Shown here: in pieces, positions 33,908 to 44,876 of the stretch | Layout: each line of letters opens with the position of its first letter | Position numbering within the stretch: the first letter of the stretch is position 1 | Source: a bacterium | Lineage (GTDB): Bacteria; Bacillota; Limnochordia; DTU080; RSA5 | Assembly: GCA_002919195.1 (NCBI GenBank) | Contig: PKEU01000206.1 | Location: forward strand, 1 to 58,674 | Length of the DNA: 58,674 nucleotides | Reading direction: 5' to 3' | Notes under the pieces: generated by a model | The model's database searches: none | What the model saw: only the letters and a program-made list of their open reading frames with translations | What the model was told of the DNA's origin: nothing | Position numbers and translations under genes: made by a program

Positions 33908-35737
33908 TCACTGATATCTTTCTGCCTGCATCGAAAACAGCTGGGCATATCGACCACCTCGTTGAAGGAGTTCCTCGTGAGTGCCCGTCTCAATCACCTT
34001 TCCCTTGTCGAGTACGATAATTATGTCCGCCATACGCACCGTGGAAAAGCGGTGAGAGATCAAGAGGGAGGTACGACCCTTCTTAAGCTCAGCCAGTCGA
34101 GTAAAAAGATCATATTCGGTCTGGACATCGAGGGCCGCCGTTGGCTCGTCGAGGATGATTAGATGCGCGTCAGTGCGGGTAAACGCCCGGGCGACGGCGA
34201 TTTTCTGCCACTGACCTTGCGAAAGTTCCCTGCCGCCCGTGAAGATGCGCCCCAGCTGCTGCTCGAACCCGTCTTTCAGATCGGAAAGTAGCGATGCCCC
34301 TCCGGCGTCGGTTAACGCGCGCCGTAGCTCTTGGTCATCGTAGAGGAAGTCGAGATTTCCCACCGCGATGTTGTCCCGAAGGGACAGCTGGTACTTGGCG
34401 AAGTCCTGAAACACTGCTGTAATCCCGCGACGAAAATCCTCGAGATCGTACGCTCCCAGTGGCTCACCATCCAGCAGAATAAGGCCCTCGTCGGGCTCGT
34501 AGAGTCGACAGAGCAGTTTTACGATCGTACTCTTTCCTGCGCCGTTTTCCCCAACAATGGCAACGGTCTTCCCGGCCGGAATGAAAAAACTCACCCCGTC
34601 GAGAACAACCCGTCGATCCCCCCACGGGTATGCAAAACGTACGTTACGAAACTCGATCCCGTGCCGGATACCAAGAAAGGGCCGGGCTCCATTTTCAGCG
34701 GAAAGCCGGAATCGGGCGCCTTTGTTGACAACATTTTCGTATTGTTTCACGACCACCATTTGCTCATGAAGCAACGTCAAGACTCCACTGATTGCCGATA
34801 TGGAATGGGCGAGCTGCACGACGCTTCCGATGTAGACGGCGATGACTCCGGGGCTAAGATCCGAATTTACAGCGCGTCCGGCGGCAACAACAAACACGGC
34901 CCCAGCCGAAAGCGCGTAGATGATTCCGAGGGAGATTCCGGCCCACGCCGTCATTCTTCGAAATGGCAGGAGCTCAGCAAAACGTTTCCAAAAAGTTGAA
35001 TCATATTGCTCCCTAAAAAACGCTCCCAATCCGTAAAGACGGACCTCTTTGGCGTGCTCGGTCGAAAGGAGCACGTCCCGTACGTAATCCATCCAGCGAA
35101 CGAGGGGGCTTCCCTGACTCATCCCCCACCAAGCGAGGCTTTCGGCGCGCCGCGCGATGAAGGTCGCAGGCACGAGGGAAGCCACCAGGAAGGCGACCAG
35201 CCGTGGCTCGATGGCCGCAAGCACAGCAATCATCATGCTCACGGTGAGGAAATGCCGTACGGTGTGAGGCAGATACTCCACGGTCACCCGCAAGGCGCGC
35301 ATCAACCGAGCTCGAACGGATTGGATGTCGTTATAATACGCCGGGTCCTCAAAGGGACTCAAATCGGGCTGAGACAGAACAGCTTCCATCACGAGCATGC
35401 TCGAGCGAGCTTGCAACCGTACAGCAAGTTGATCTCTCATCGCCTGCATCGCGGGAGTCAACAACTCGACAAGCGCAATTCCGCAGATGTAGACAGCGAA
35501 GAGGAGCCAAACCTCAGCCTCGTTTCCGGGAGCTCCCAAAGACAAGCGATCAATCAGCGCCTTGTAAAACCATAGCATCAATGGTACGAGGAGAGCGTGG
35601 AGAATGACCGCGCCCCAGATCGCTGTCGTCATGATCGGAGCGGCCTGCCAAGCGTCTTTCATTAATTTCAATGCGCTCGTCGCGTCAGAAAGGAATGCCG
35701 AACTAGCCGATTTCAGCCTCTCGATCTTTGGACGCAC
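33908..35737 (-). CDS. ABC exporter, fused TMD-NBD (MdlB/NisT-like)
   Basis: GENGAGKST, LSQGQWQK, ILDEPT, SHR; AKEVRLYGL. Confidence 0.93.
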   Translation of the reverse strand: MRPKIERLKSASSAFLSDATSALKLMKDAWQAAPIMTTAIWGAVILHALLVPLMLWFYKALIDRLSLGAPGNEAEVWLLFAVYICGIALVELLTPAMQAMRDQLAVRLQARSSMLVMEAVLSQPDLSPFEDPAYYNDIQSVRARLMRALRVTVEYLPHTVRHFLTVSMMIAVLAAIEPRLVAFLVASLVPATFIARRAESLAWWGMSQGSPLVRWMDYVRDVLLSTEHAKEVRLYGLGAFFREQYDSTFWKRFAELLPFRRMTAWAGISLGIIYALSAGAVFVVAAGRAVNSDLSPGVIAVYIGSVVQLAHSISAISGVLTLLHEQMVVVKQYENVVNKGARFRLSAENGARPFLGIRHGIEFRNVRFAYPWGDRRVVLDGVSFFIPAGKTVAIVGENGAGKSTIVKLLCRLYEPDEGLILLDGEPLGAYDLEDFRRGITAVFQDFAKYQLSLRDNIAVGNLDFLYDDQELRRALTDAGGASLLSDLKDGFEQQLGRIFTGGRELSQGQWQKIAVARAFTRTDAHLIILDEPTAALDVQTEYDLFTRLAELKKGRTSLLISHRFSTVRMADIIIVLDKGKVIETGTHEELLQRGGRYAQLFSMQAERYQ

Positions 35738-37559
35738 CTCCGGTCCCCTCCTTTCTTGAGGTGTATCCCTCAGCCTGCAGCTTGAAAAGGTGGGCGTAAC
35801 GCTTTCCAGCGCGCATCAGCTCATCATGGCTCCCGTCTTCAATAATGCGCCCGTCCTCCAAGACGATGATCCGGTCAGCCATCCGCGTCGTCGATAAGCG
35901 ATGCGAGATTAAGAGGGTTGCTTTGTCCTGAGTGAGTTTGGCAAAGCGACGATACAGCTCGTACTCGGTTCGAACATCAAGTGCTGCTGTAGGCTCATCC
36001 AGGATCAGCACCTCGGCCTTTCGCATGAAAGCCCTGGCAAGGGCAACCTTCTGCCACTCTCCTCCGGACAGTTCGACGCCTCCAAAGGGCTTCCCAAGTC
36101 TCGTGTTGTAGCCTTGTGCCAGCTGGTTTGCGATACGATCGGCGTCACTCTTGCGAGCAGCAGCTACGATCCGCTCATGATCGTTTATGTGCTCAACATC
36201 GCCCACGCCGATGTTTTCACCCAGGGTTAAACTCCAGCGCGAGAAATCCTGAAATACGACGGCGATGCGCCGGCGGACCTCTTGCGGGTCGCATTCCCTA
36301 AGGTCGATTCCGTCATAATAGATGGACCCAGCTGTCGGATCATACATGCGAGTAAGAAGCTTGACAAGGGTCGACTTCCCGGCCCCGTTCTCGCCCACTA
36401 ACGCGACGCTTTCGCCTGGTCGAATCGAAAAGGTGACCCCTTTCAGCGTATACTTGGTGGCCCCCGGGTAACGAAACCACACGTCCTTCACGACGATCCC
36501 TTGGGACAGTTTCGGAGGTAGGCTCCGGGGATGTGCAGGCACGGGAAGGTCCGGCGCAGACGAGAGAAAACTCTGAATGCGCGCCGCCCCTTGTGCTAAT
36601 TGACCCGTCTCATCCCAGATTCGGACAAGCTGTGAAGCGCTTTCGGGCAGATGCAGCACAACTCCGAGAATGAGAATGGCGTCCCCTGCAAGGATTTTCC
36701 CCTGAAGACCCTGAGCGATCACCCACGCCAGACTCGCGCCGATCCCCAAAACCCTTATCGCACTCGCCCCCATTCCTGCGAAGAGCGCCCTTTTGCGCAG
36801 GCGCCAAAGCGGCTCCTCCACGTTGGGTAGCTGCTGCAGGTATCGACGAGTTACCCACTCTTTGAGTCCAAAGAGCCTAATTTCCTTTGCCAGATAAGGG
36901 TTTAGGCTCATGGTGAACATGTAGTCAAGACGGCGTCGTTCTTCTGCAAGCCGCTCCTCCAGATCAAAGGTCAGCTTTCGCACTTTTTCAGTATGGATCG
37001 CGATCGGGAAGTGGCTGATGATAAGCGCAACGGGCAACATGATGTGTAACCGCGAAGCCAGGACACCGAGGGACGCGATGGACACGCAGTGCTGAAGAGC
37101 GCGAACCACCATGAACAAGACGCCGCGAGTCAAATGACTGGCTTCCGATCTGACACGCGTGATCTGGTTTTCATGGTCCGGGTCTTCAAATCGGGCCAGC
37201 CCCACCAAGCGGTCGGTACTTTCGAAGACGTTCATATTGAGCCGGTGCAAGACTCTGTCATTCACATTCCCTTGGATCATGCTGGCCAGCGCGGGAGCAA
37301 CACTCGAGGCTGCCACCAACAGCGCGTAACCCACAGCAAGAAAGAGCAGTTGGCCAGCCCATTGTTGCCCGGTGCCGGCACTCAATTGATCGACAACAAG
37401 CTTGGTAACCCAGACCATCGCCGGACTGATGGCGCCTTGGACCGCCCCCAAGAGCAAGATCACGAAAGACCCACGGGGAGCGGCCTTCATTGCCAAGCTC
37501 GCACAAAATAACACCGCACGAACCCGATCGCTCATTCCAGTGACGATGCGTTCGAGCAC
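35703..37559 (-). CDS. ABC exporter, fused TMD-NBD (MdlB/NisT-like)
   Basis: GENGAGKST, LSGGEWQK, ILDEPT, SHR; AKEIRLFGL; GTG 37559 after GGAGGGG. Confidence 0.93.
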   Translation of the reverse strand: MLERIVTGMSDRVRAVLFCASLAMKAAPRGSFVILLLGAVQGAISPAMVWVTKLVVDQLSAGTGQQWAGQLLFLAVGYALLVAASSVAPALASMIQGNVNDRVLHRLNMNVFESTDRLVGLARFEDPDHENQITRVRSEASHLTRGVLFMVVRALQHCVSIASLGVLASRLHIMLPVALIISHFPIAIHTEKVRKLTFDLEERLAEERRRLDYMFTMSLNPYLAKEIRLFGLKEWVTRRYLQQLPNVEEPLWRLRKRALFAGMGASAIRVLGIGASLAWVIAQGLQGKILAGDAILILGVVLHLPESASQLVRIWDETGQLAQGAARIQSFLSSAPDLPVPAHPRSLPPKLSQGIVVKDVWFRYPGATKYTLKGVTFSIRPGESVALVGENGAGKSTLVKLLTRMYDPTAGSIYYDGIDLRECDPQEVRRRIAVVFQDFSRWSLTLGENIGVGDVEHINDHERIVAAARKSDADRIANQLAQGYNTRLGKPFGGVELSGGEWQKVALARAFMRKAEVLILDEPTAALDVRTEYELYRRFAKLTQDKATLLISHRLSTTRMADRIIVLEDGRIIEDGSHDELMRAGKRYAHLFKLQAEGYTSRKEGTGGASKDREAEIG

Positions 37560-37706
37560 TTGCCACCCCTCCATCCGTCAAGTCTTGCTTCACGTAGTTC
37601 GCCGCTCTTAAGCCGATCGAATGTGAATAAAGGGTATGAAAATATAGTATATTACGAGTGCATTTCGACAGCTCATTTTCATCGACTCGTCCATGCATTC
37701 CACGGG

Positions 37707-37756
37707 AAAAAAGAAGAAAGGGCATGATCCGCTTCTTCCTCCGGATCATGCCCTTT
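37707..37756 (-). terminator. Terminator after tRNA-Pro
   Basis: Stem AAAGGGCATGATCCG/CGGATCATGCCCTTT followed by CTTCTTTTTT on the minus strand. Confidence 0.85.
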
Positions 37757-37761
37757 GTCGA

Positions 37762-37839
37762 TGGTCGGGCTGGCGGGATTTGAACCCACGACCTCTAGAC
37801 CCCCAGTCTAGCGCGCTAACCAAACTGCGCCACAGCCCG
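37762..37839 (-). tRNA. tRNA-Pro(GGG)
   Basis: CGGGCTG acceptor stem, anticodon arm CTAGA-CTGGGGG-TCTAG, GGTTCAAATCC, CCA end. Confidence 0.97.
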
Positions 37840-37888
37840 ACACGGCCGAACACGTATTATCATAGCACAAGTTCGGCCAAACTGCAAG

Positions 37889-39130
37889 CTACATCGCTGC
37901 TTTTGTGGCCTGGTCCGTCTGATCGAGGCCAAAGGCTTCGTGGACGACCCGCACCGCCTTGAGGGCGTCTTCTGCTCTCACGAGGCACGAGACCTTGATC
38001 TCGGAGGTGCTGATCACCTGGATGTTGATGTTGGCCTTGGCCAACGCCTCAAACATCCTGGCGGCGACGCCGGGATTGCTAACCATTCCTGCACCGACGA
38101 TGCTCACCTTGGCCACGTTGTCGTTGACGATGACGCCTTTCGCTCCTAGCTCCTTGGCTACGGCTTCGACGATCTCTTTCGCTTGGGGAAGATCGTCCCG
38201 GCTGACGCTAAAGAGCATATCGGTCGTCTGCTGCTCCTTGGTGGTCTGCACGATCATGTCGACGTTGATGGCTTCGGCGGCCAGCGCTGAAAAGATGCGG
38301 GCGGCCACTCCCGGCCGGTCGGGGACGTCCAAAATCCCCACCTTGGCCACGTTGACGTCGTGCGCGACGCCGACCACGATCATATCCTTTTCCAAGACGC
38401 GTTCCTCCCGTACCATTGTCCCGTTCTCGTAATTGAAACTCGAACGGACATGAATCGGCACCTTGTACATTGAGGCGAACTCCACCGCCCGGGGCTGCAG
38501 CACGCCCGCGCCCAGGCTCGCCATTTCGAGCATCTCCCCGTAGGAAACATCGGCTAACTTCCGGGCGCTGGGCACGACCCGGGGATCCGCCGTGTACACG
38601 CCGTCGACGTCGGTGTAGATTTCGCACTCCTGGGCTTTCAGCGCCGCGGCCAGGGCGACCGCGGTGGTGTCGGAGCCACCCCGTCCCAAGGTGGTGATAT
38701 CGTAACCGGGGGTCACCCCCTGAAATCCGGCGACGATGACAATCTTGCCTTCGGCCAACTCCCGTTCGACGCGCTCGGTGTTGACCTGCAGAATTTTGGC
38801 CCGGGTGTGCGTTGCGTCGGTGATGATGCCACCTTGCGCGCCGGTCAGGGAGATGACGGCATGGCCCAATTCATGGATCGCCATCGCGAGGAGGGCGATG
38901 GAAACCTGCTCTCCCGTGGATAGGAGCATATCCATCTCCCTTTTGGGAGGACGAGCGCTGATCTGCCTTGCCAGCTCGATGAGCTCATCGGTGGTGTCGC
39001 CGAGAGCCGAGACGACGACGACAACTTGATAGCCTCGTTGTTTCGCCTCCACCACTCTCTGGGCCACCGCTTTGATACGCTCGGGATTTGCGACCGAACT
39101 GCCACCAAACTTCTGTACCAGAATGGCCAA
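37889..39130 (-). CDS. lysC: Aspartate kinase
   Basis: VQKFGGSSV, TTLGRGGSDTTA, TDVDGVYTADP, two ACT domains; TTG 39130. Confidence 0.96.
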   Translation of the reverse strand: MAILVQKFGGSSVANPERIKAVAQRVVEAKQRGYQVVVVVSALGDTTDELIELARQISARPPKREMDMLLSTGEQVSIALLAMAIHELGHAVISLTGAQGGIITDATHTRAKILQVNTERVERELAEGKIVIVAGFQGVTPGYDITTLGRGGSDTTAVALAAALKAQECEIYTDVDGVYTADPRVVPSARKLADVSYGEMLEMASLGAGVLQPRAVEFASMYKVPIHVRSSFNYENGTMVREERVLEKDMIVVGVAHDVNVAKVGILDVPDRPGVAARIFSALAAEAINVDMIVQTTKEQQTTDMLFSVSRDDLPQAKEIVEAVAKELGAKGVIVNDNVAKVSIVGAGMVSNPGVAARMFEALAKANINIQVISTSEIKVSCLVRAEDALKAVRVVHEAFGLDQTDQATKAAM

Positions 39131-39132
39131 AT

Positions 39133-40143
39133 CTACACGCCTCCAGAGAGATTGCATTCGTATCGGGGACCCCGGGCGGGTTGACCGGGAAATTCGGCGA
39201 TTTCAACTATGGCGCCGGTGGATGCAGGCCGGACGAACCACGTCCGGGTCGTCACCCCTACCTTGCGGAAGGCCCGGCTCATGGCCTCTCCCACCACCGG
39301 CCCGTCGTGTTCCCGGCAAAAGGCCGTCACGGAGGGGCCTGAACCGCTCAAGGCGACCCCCACGGCGCCCGCTTTCAAGGCTGCGGCAAAGACGTCGTCG
39401 AGGCCCGGGATCAATGCGCTCCGGTAGGGTTGGTGCAACACGTCTTGGGTTGCGACCCGCAAGGCGGAAAGATCACCGCTCGCTATCGCAGCTACCCACA
39501 GGGCTGCCCGGGACAGGTTAAAAACGGCGTCCTGCCGGCTCACTCGCTCGGGCAGCCGCTCCCGGGAGTAGCGGGTGTCAAGGTAAAAATCGGGCACCGC
39601 CACGCATACCCACAGCTCGTTAGGCACAGGGACCGAAAGAGACCGGACCGCCCCGTTCTCTTCGACGACGGAGACCACCAGACCCCCAAGGAGCGCTGGG
39701 GCGACGTTGTCCGGGTGTCCTTCGATGCGCGTGGCGATCTCGATCAACTGGTCGACGGAAAGCTTCTCTTTGCGCCGCGCGTTGGCCGCCAAAAGTCCAG
39801 CGACGATCGCCGTCGCGCTGCTGCCTAGGCCGCTGGCCAGAGGAACGCAGTTGGTAATTTTCAGGCTCACGCGCTCTTGCGGAAGCTCTTGCCCGGAGAA
39901 ACCCGCCTCCATCGCCTTAAACACCAGGTTGGTTTCATCGGCAGGGAGCGTTTCGCTCCCCTCGCCCTCGACCGTGACGCTGGCCACCTTGAGCTGCTCC
40001 GGCGCCCGGTCTTCGGGGCGGGAGTCGCCTTCCCAGAGGACTTCAAAGGTATTCCAAAGGTCCAGCGCCATGCCCAAAGCGTCAAATCCGGGCCCGAGAT
40101 TAGCGGTCGTCGCGGGCACCTTCACCGTCACCTTTAAGTTCAT
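39133..40143 (-). CDS. thrB: Homoserine kinase
   Basis: [34 protein letters not shown]. Confidence 0.95.
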   Translation of the reverse strand: MNLKVTVKVPATTANLGPGFDALGMALDLWNTFEVLWEGDSRPEDRAPEQLKVASVTVEGEGSETLPADETNLVFKAMEAGFSGQELPQERVSLKITNCVPLASGLGSSATAIVAGLLAANARRKEKLSVDQLIEIATRIEGHPDNVAPALLGGLVVSVVEENGAVRSLSVPVPNELWVCVAVPDFYLDTRYSRERLPERVSRQDAVFNLSRAALWVAAIASGDLSALRVATQDVLHQPYRSALIPGLDDVFAAALKAGAVGVALSGSGPSVTAFCREHDGPVVGEAMSRAFRKVGVTTRTWFVRPASTGAIVEIAEFPGQPARGPRYECNLSGGV

Positions 40144-41228
40144 CGCGAAAGCTCCCTCTCGGCCTCGACGAGCGTGGCATCAAGGAGGCGTTCGACGGCT
40201 TGCATCGTCGCTTCGACGGTTTGCATCCCTTTGCCTACGGCGATGGCCCTATCCGGATCTTTGAGGCCGTGGCCCGTCAACACGCAGACGACGCGGCTTG
40301 CAGCCGGTACCTTCCCTTCCCTGCTAGCTTTGATCAACCCGGCCAGGGAAGCGGCGCTGGCAGGTTCACAAAAGATGCCCTCGGTTTCCGCCAACGCTTG
40401 GTAAGCGGCGACGATCTCGTCGTCGGTGACCGCGTCGATCGTTCCTCCCGACTCATCTCTTGCCCTGACCGCTCCTTCCCAGCTCGCGGGATTTCCGATG
40501 CGGATCGCAGTCGCGATGGTCTCCGGGTTGGGGACCGGCCGGCCCAGCACCAGGGGCGCTGCGTTGGCCGCCTGGTAACCCATCATCCGAGGCAGTTTAT
40601 GAGCCAGACCCGCGTCGCGGTACTCGACAAACCCTTTCCAGTAGGCCGTGATGTTGCCCGCGTTGCCCACCGGTATAAAGAGGAGGTCGGGAGCGTCTCC
40701 CAGGACGTCGACAATCTCAAAGGCGGCGCTCTTTTGCCCCTCGATGCGGTAGGGATTGATCGAGTTGACCAAGGTGATCGGATACTTCTGGGTGAGGGCG
40801 CGGACGAGAGCCAACGCGTCGTCGAAGTTGCCCCGGATCGCCACCACCTGCGCCCCGTGCATCATCGCCTGGCTGAGCTTACCGAGCGCGATGTTTCCCT
40901 CGGGGATCAACACTACAGCCTTCATCCCGGCCCGCGCCGCGTAGGCAGCCGCGGAGGCCGACGTGTTGCCGGTGGAGGCACACATGACAGCCCGCGCGCC
41001 ATCCTCTTTGGCCTTGGTGATCGCCATCGTCATGCCCCGGTCCTTAAAGGAACCGGTGGGGTTGAGCCCCTCGTACTTCACATACACCTCGGCGTCGATG
41101 CCAAAAGCTCTCGCAAACCGGGTGACGGGGATGAGCGGCGTGTCGCCTTCGAGGAGGGTGACGATCTCGGTATCGGGGCCCACAGGCATAAAGCGGCGGT
41201 AGGTTTCGATGATCCCCTGATATGGCAT
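40140..41228 (-). CDS. thrC: Threonine synthase
   Basis: [32 protein letters not shown]. Confidence 0.96.
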   Translation of the reverse strand: MPYQGIIETYRRFMPVGPDTEIVTLLEGDTPLIPVTRFARAFGIDAEVYVKYEGLNPTGSFKDRGMTMAITKAKEDGARAVMCASTGNTSASAAAYAARAGMKAVVLIPEGNIALGKLSQAMMHGAQVVAIRGNFDDALALVRALTQKYPITLVNSINPYRIEGQKSAAFEIVDVLGDAPDLLFIPVGNAGNITAYWKGFVEYRDAGLAHKLPRMMGYQAANAAPLVLGRPVPNPETIATAIRIGNPASWEGAVRARDESGGTIDAVTDDEIVAAYQALAETEGIFCEPASAASLAGLIKASREGKVPAASRVVCVLTGHGLKDPDRAIAVGKGMQTVEATMQAVERLLDATLVEAERELSR

Positions 41229-41230
41229 GG

Positions 41231-42529
41231 CTACTCTCCTTCGACGCGGATGACATTGGCGACGCGACGGACCACGGGAAGCGAAGCGATCTGGTTTAAA
41301 GCCGCCTGCATGTTCTTTTCCAGCACTTTATGTGTGACAAAGACGAGGCTCACGGGGTCCTGGCGCACCCCTTTTTGAATGACCGAGCCGATGCTGACCC
41401 CGTTGTCGCCAAAGGCCCGGGCGATCTGGGCGAGGACCCCGGGGTTGTCCACCACTTTGGCATGGACGTAGTACGATGACACGACTTCCATTGGCGAGAG
41501 GATGCGCTTGACGGCGGCTTTGCCGTTGAGCCAACCGCCGACGCCGCGCCTGAGGTCTTGCGCTGCCTGGACGATGTCCGCCACCACAGCGCTGCCGGTC
41601 GGAAGCTTTCCCGCCCCGCGACCGTAAAACATCAACTCTCCCACTGAATCGCCCTCGAGAAAGATCGCGTTAAACACGTCGTTGACGGCCGCCAGGGGAT
41701 GCCCCTTGGGGATCATCGTCGGATGCACCCTCGCCTCGACGGCCCCGTCGTGGGCTTTCGCGATCGCAAGCAGCTTGATCACGTACCCCAGCTCGTCCGC
41801 GTAGGCCATATCCTCCGGCGTGACCTTGGTGATTCCCTCGCGGTACACTTCGTCGACGGGGATCTCCGTCTCAAAGGCCAGCGAAGCGAGGATGGCAAGT
41901 TTGTACGCGGCATCGTGCCCCTCGACGTCGGAGGTAGGATCAGCCTCCGCATACCCCATCTCCTGGGCCTCTTTCAACACGTCGTCGAAAGAGCGGCCCT
42001 CGTACGCCATCTTGGTGAGCATGTAGTTGGTCGTGCCGTTGATGATGCCCATGATGGTACGCATCTCATTGGCCACGAGGGCTTCCTTGATGGACTTGAT
42101 GATGGGGATGCCGCCCGCCACGGCCGCCTCAAAGTAGAGCCCGACCCGGTGCTCGCTCGCGAGGGCAAAGAGCTCCTGCCCGTGTTTGGCCAAAACCTCT
42201 TTGTTGGCTGTGACGACGTGTTTTCCAGCTCGAAGGGCCCCGGCGATGTAGCTCCTGGCGGGTTCGACGCTGCCGCCCGGGCATCCGATGAGTTCGACGA
42301 TGACATCGATGGAGGGATCCTCGAGCAACAAAGAGGCGTCGGTCGTGATCTTGTCCTCGGGGACAGGAACGCGCCGCGGCTTGTTGCTGTCGCGCACCAG
42401 CACGCGGGCAATTTCGATGGGACCGCCTGAACGGCGAGCGATCTGCTCGGGATGCTTGTGCAAAATTTCAAAGACGCCCGAGCCGACGGTGCCCAGGCCC
42501 ATGAGCCCGATTCGGACGGGTGAGTGCAC
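41231..42529 (-). CDS. hom: Homoserine dehydrogenase
   Basis: [29 protein letters not shown]-terminal ACT. Confidence 0.96.
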   Translation of the reverse strand: MHSPVRIGLMGLGTVGSGVFEILHKHPEQIARRSGGPIEIARVLVRDSNKPRRVPVPEDKITTDASLLLEDPSIDVIVELIGCPGGSVEPARSYIAGALRAGKHVVTANKEVLAKHGQELFALASEHRVGLYFEAAVAGGIPIIKSIKEALVANEMRTIMGIINGTTNYMLTKMAYEGRSFDDVLKEAQEMGYAEADPTSDVEGHDAAYKLAILASLAFETEIPVDEVYREGITKVTPEDMAYADELGYVIKLLAIAKAHDGAVEARVHPTMIPKGHPLAAVNDVFNAIFLEGDSVGELMFYGRGAGKLPTGSAVVADIVQAAQDLRRGVGGWLNGKAAVKRILSPMEVVSSYYVHAKVVDNPGVLAQIARAFGDNGVSIGSVIQKGVRQDPVSLVFVTHKVLEKNMQAALNQIASLPVVRRVANVIRVEGE

Positions 42530-42573
42530 GCGAAACTCCCTTTCAACTAGGACATCTGTGACATCGACAAGAT

Positions 42574-42601
42574 ATTATAGCATCTTTGCTAGAGCCTTCA
42601 A
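42574..42601 (-). promoter_or_regulatory. Sigma-A promoter of hom operon
   Basis: TTGAAG-N16-TATAAT with extended -10 TGn. Confidence 0.65.
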
Positions 42602-42605
42602 AGCC

Positions 42606-43526
42606 TCACTCCGTCAAATCGAAATCGAGCTCCTCTTCCCCCACCACGCCGTGCAGGAGTTGCGATAAGGGAACAAACTCGAGCCCTTTGGCCCGCACGC
42701 CCCGGATGATGGCTTCCAGGGCCTGGACCGTCGCCTCGCGATCGCCCCCCTCCCGGCCGAGCAAAGCGCCGCTGTCGTGAAAGAGAAGGATGTCGCCGGG
42801 TTTGATGTTGTCGACGATGCGGCGGACGATGGTCTCCTTGGAGATCCGCGGGCCTTGCCAGTCGTAGCTCGAACGATTCCACAAGACGATCTTTTGCCCT
42901 AACAAGGCCGAGATGCGTCCAAACCGGCCGTCGTAAAGGCCTCTTGGTGGGCGCGCGTACGCGGGATAGACGCCTGTCTTCTCGTAGATAATGGAGGAGG
43001 TGCTGACCAACTCCTCGTAAAGGCGTTGGGTCGAGGCCGTCGGCACGTTGATATGGGAATACGTGTGATTGCCCACTTCGTGGCCGGCGGCGACCACGGC
43101 GGCAGCGATCTCCGGATAGGCTTCGACGTGGGCGCCTACCATGAAAAACGTGGCAGGCACGTCGTGGGCTTCGAGGATCTCGAGGATCCGGGGCGTGTAC
43201 TTAGGGCTCGGACCGTCGTCAAAGGTGATGGCGACCCAAGGCCGGTCGGGACTTCCCCGGCGGTAGATGTCGGGTTGGTGGCCAAAACCGTGATAGACGT
43301 AGACGTTGAGCACGGCCGCGGTCGCTCCGGCAGCGCAGGTGGCCAAAAACGCGTGCTTAAACGAGTGGCTCGCCACGATTCTCAGCACCATGCCGTGCCC
43401 TCGCCCGTCGGCTCCCCCCTTTGATCGCGCCGGCCGGAGGTGGTTCCAAAACCATAGGAAAAGGAGGTACCAGCCAACGACAAAGGCGATGGCCACGCTG
43501 ATGCGTACCACGGATTCGATGGGCAT
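42606..43526 (-). CDS. Polysaccharide deacetylase (CE4/NodB) with two N-terminal TM helices
   Basis: TFDDGP, NHTYSH, RPPRG, ILLFHD. Confidence 0.92.
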   Translation of the reverse strand: MPIESVVRISVAIAFVVGWYLLFLWFWNHLRPARSKGGADGRGHGMVLRIVASHSFKHAFLATCAAGATAAVLNVYVYHGFGHQPDIYRRGSPDRPWVAITFDDGPSPKYTPRILEILEAHDVPATFFMVGAHVEAYPEIAAAVVAAGHEVGNHTYSHINVPTASTQRLYEELVSTSSIIYEKTGVYPAYARPPRGLYDGRFGRISALLGQKIVLWNRSSYDWQGPRISKETIVRRIVDNIKPGDILLFHDSGALLGREGGDREATVQALEAIIRGVRAKGLEFVPLSQLLHGVVGEEELDFDLTE

Positions 43527-43533
43527 CCGGAGG

Positions 43534-44343
43534 TTACACCTCGACGATCATGCCGTCATAGGAGACGTCGATGCCGTGGGGTGAAAGAAGCTCGACGAGC
43601 TCTTCGTGAAGGAGCCCGCCGTTGTGGGAAAAGTGGTTGGCGATGAAAAGGGTGTCGTCGTCTGCCGTGCCCATCTCGATCATCCGCTCCTTGCTCCGGA
43701 TGACGAGATCGATGTTGCCATGATGTTGTCCGGCGTCTTTAGGCCCCCCGGTGCAATCGAGGATGACCACGTCAAAATAAAGACCTTGCTGAGCTTGCCA
43801 ATGCTCCTCCGGAAACCAGCCGGAGTCTTGCCCGTAAAGCAAGCGCTTTCCGTTTCGCTCAAAGATATAGTTGAAGCAAATGCGTTCGGGAAAGTGGTTG
43901 GCCAAGAGCGGCGTGAGGTGAGCGTCGTCCAGCTGATAGGTTTGATAGGGCTCGACTTCGCGAAGCGTGATGTTCGCCGCCTCGAGCTCGCCCACTTCCT
44001 CCCTAATGCCTTCGATCGCCCAAGCGTCTGCCCAGATGGTGAGCGGGAGCGTCTGGTGAGCAAAGGGCGGCCGGCGGAAGACGAGCTCCGAGGGGTAATA
44101 GTGATCCCGGTGCGTGTGGGTGAAGATCAGGTGCCTCACGTCGGACAGGGCGACGCCGTCGCGAAGGCCCTGCATGTAGGCGTCCGACGACCAGTCAAAC
44201 TGGAAACGCCCGTCCACCAGCGTCGCCGAGCGGCTCCTGATCGAACGGCCGCCCCGCGCGCGGGCCCTTTGGCACGCATCGCAACGGCAGTAGACGGCGG
44301 GCCATCCCTCAGCGGCGCCTGAGCCCAGGATGTGAATCCGCAT
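43534..44343 (-). CDS. PhnP-like metallo-beta-lactamase-fold hydrolase
   Basis: LGSGAAEGWP..CRCDAC, THTHRDH, NHFSHN. Confidence 0.85.
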   Translation of the reverse strand: MRIHILGSGAAEGWPAVYCRCDACQRARARGGRSIRSRSATLVDGRFQFDWSSDAYMQGLRDGVALSDVRHLIFTHTHRDHYYPSELVFRRPPFAHQTLPLTIWADAWAIEGIREEVGELEAANITLREVEPYQTYQLDDAHLTPLLANHFPERICFNYIFERNGKRLLYGQDSGWFPEEHWQAQQGLYFDVVILDCTGGPKDAGQHHGNIDLVIRSKERMIEMGTADDDTLFIANHFSHNGGLLHEELVELLSPHGIDVSYDGMIVEV

Positions 44344-44458
44344 GGGCGATCCCCCCCTTGTTCGCATAACACTGATATCTTATGCGGGTAAAGCGCGTTT
44401 TCCTGTCGGCCCAAGGGGGCAGCGCTGGGACTAAAGGAGTATTTGCGAGCGATCTAGG

Positions 44459-44510
44459 CAAAAAAGCCGGCTACCGCGCTCCCCAAAACGAGGCAGCGCA
44501 GTGCCGGCTT
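44459..44510 (-). terminator. Terminator after HU gene
   Basis: AAGCCGGC...GCCGGC followed by T-run on the minus strand. Confidence 0.55.
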
Positions 44511-44534
44511 AAACGGCGTGGAGCTCTTTCCCGT

Positions 44535-44813
44535 TTAGGTGGCCATGATCGAATCCCGCAACGCTTTTCCGGGGCGAAACACCGGCACTTTGCGGGCGCC
44601 GATTTCGATTTCCTCGCCTGTCTGCGGGTTTCTCCCGGTGCGCGCGGATCGCTCACGCACTTCGAAACTTCCAAAACCCACGATTTGAACCTTTTCGCCG
44701 CGGGCCAGCGCCTCTTCGATACTCGCTAAAAGGGCATCGACGGCGCCGGCGGCGTCCTTCTTGGAAAGGTTGCTCTTAGCCGCTACCGCGTCGACGAGTT
44801 CCGCTTTGTTCAA
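44535..44813 (-). CDS. hup: HU DNA-binding protein
   Basis: [30 protein letters not shown]; TTG 44813. Confidence 0.96.
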   Translation of the reverse strand: MNKAELVDAVAAKSNLSKKDAAGAVDALLASIEEALARGEKVQIVGFGSFEVRERSARTGRNPQTGEEIEIGARKVPVFRPGKALRDSIMAT

Positions 44814-44846
44814 CCCAGACCCTCCTCGAGCAGATGGTGTCGGCGG

Positions 44847-44876
44847 TAGGTTGCCACCTTTCCAAGGAAGGTATTC
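44847..44876 (-). promoter_or_regulatory. Sigma-G/F-type promoter candidate for HU
   Basis: GAATA-N18-CAACCTA. Confidence 0.45.

Noticed and set aside
33890-33915. att-site duplication of the tRNA-Pro 3' end
   Set aside because: Only ATGGTC (6 bp) matches, which is expected by chance
37258-37749. Cys-rich 163-aa ORF as a RiPP precursor
   Set aside because: Alternative frame overlapping the ABC gene, starting inside the tRNA terminator; no modification enzymes nearby
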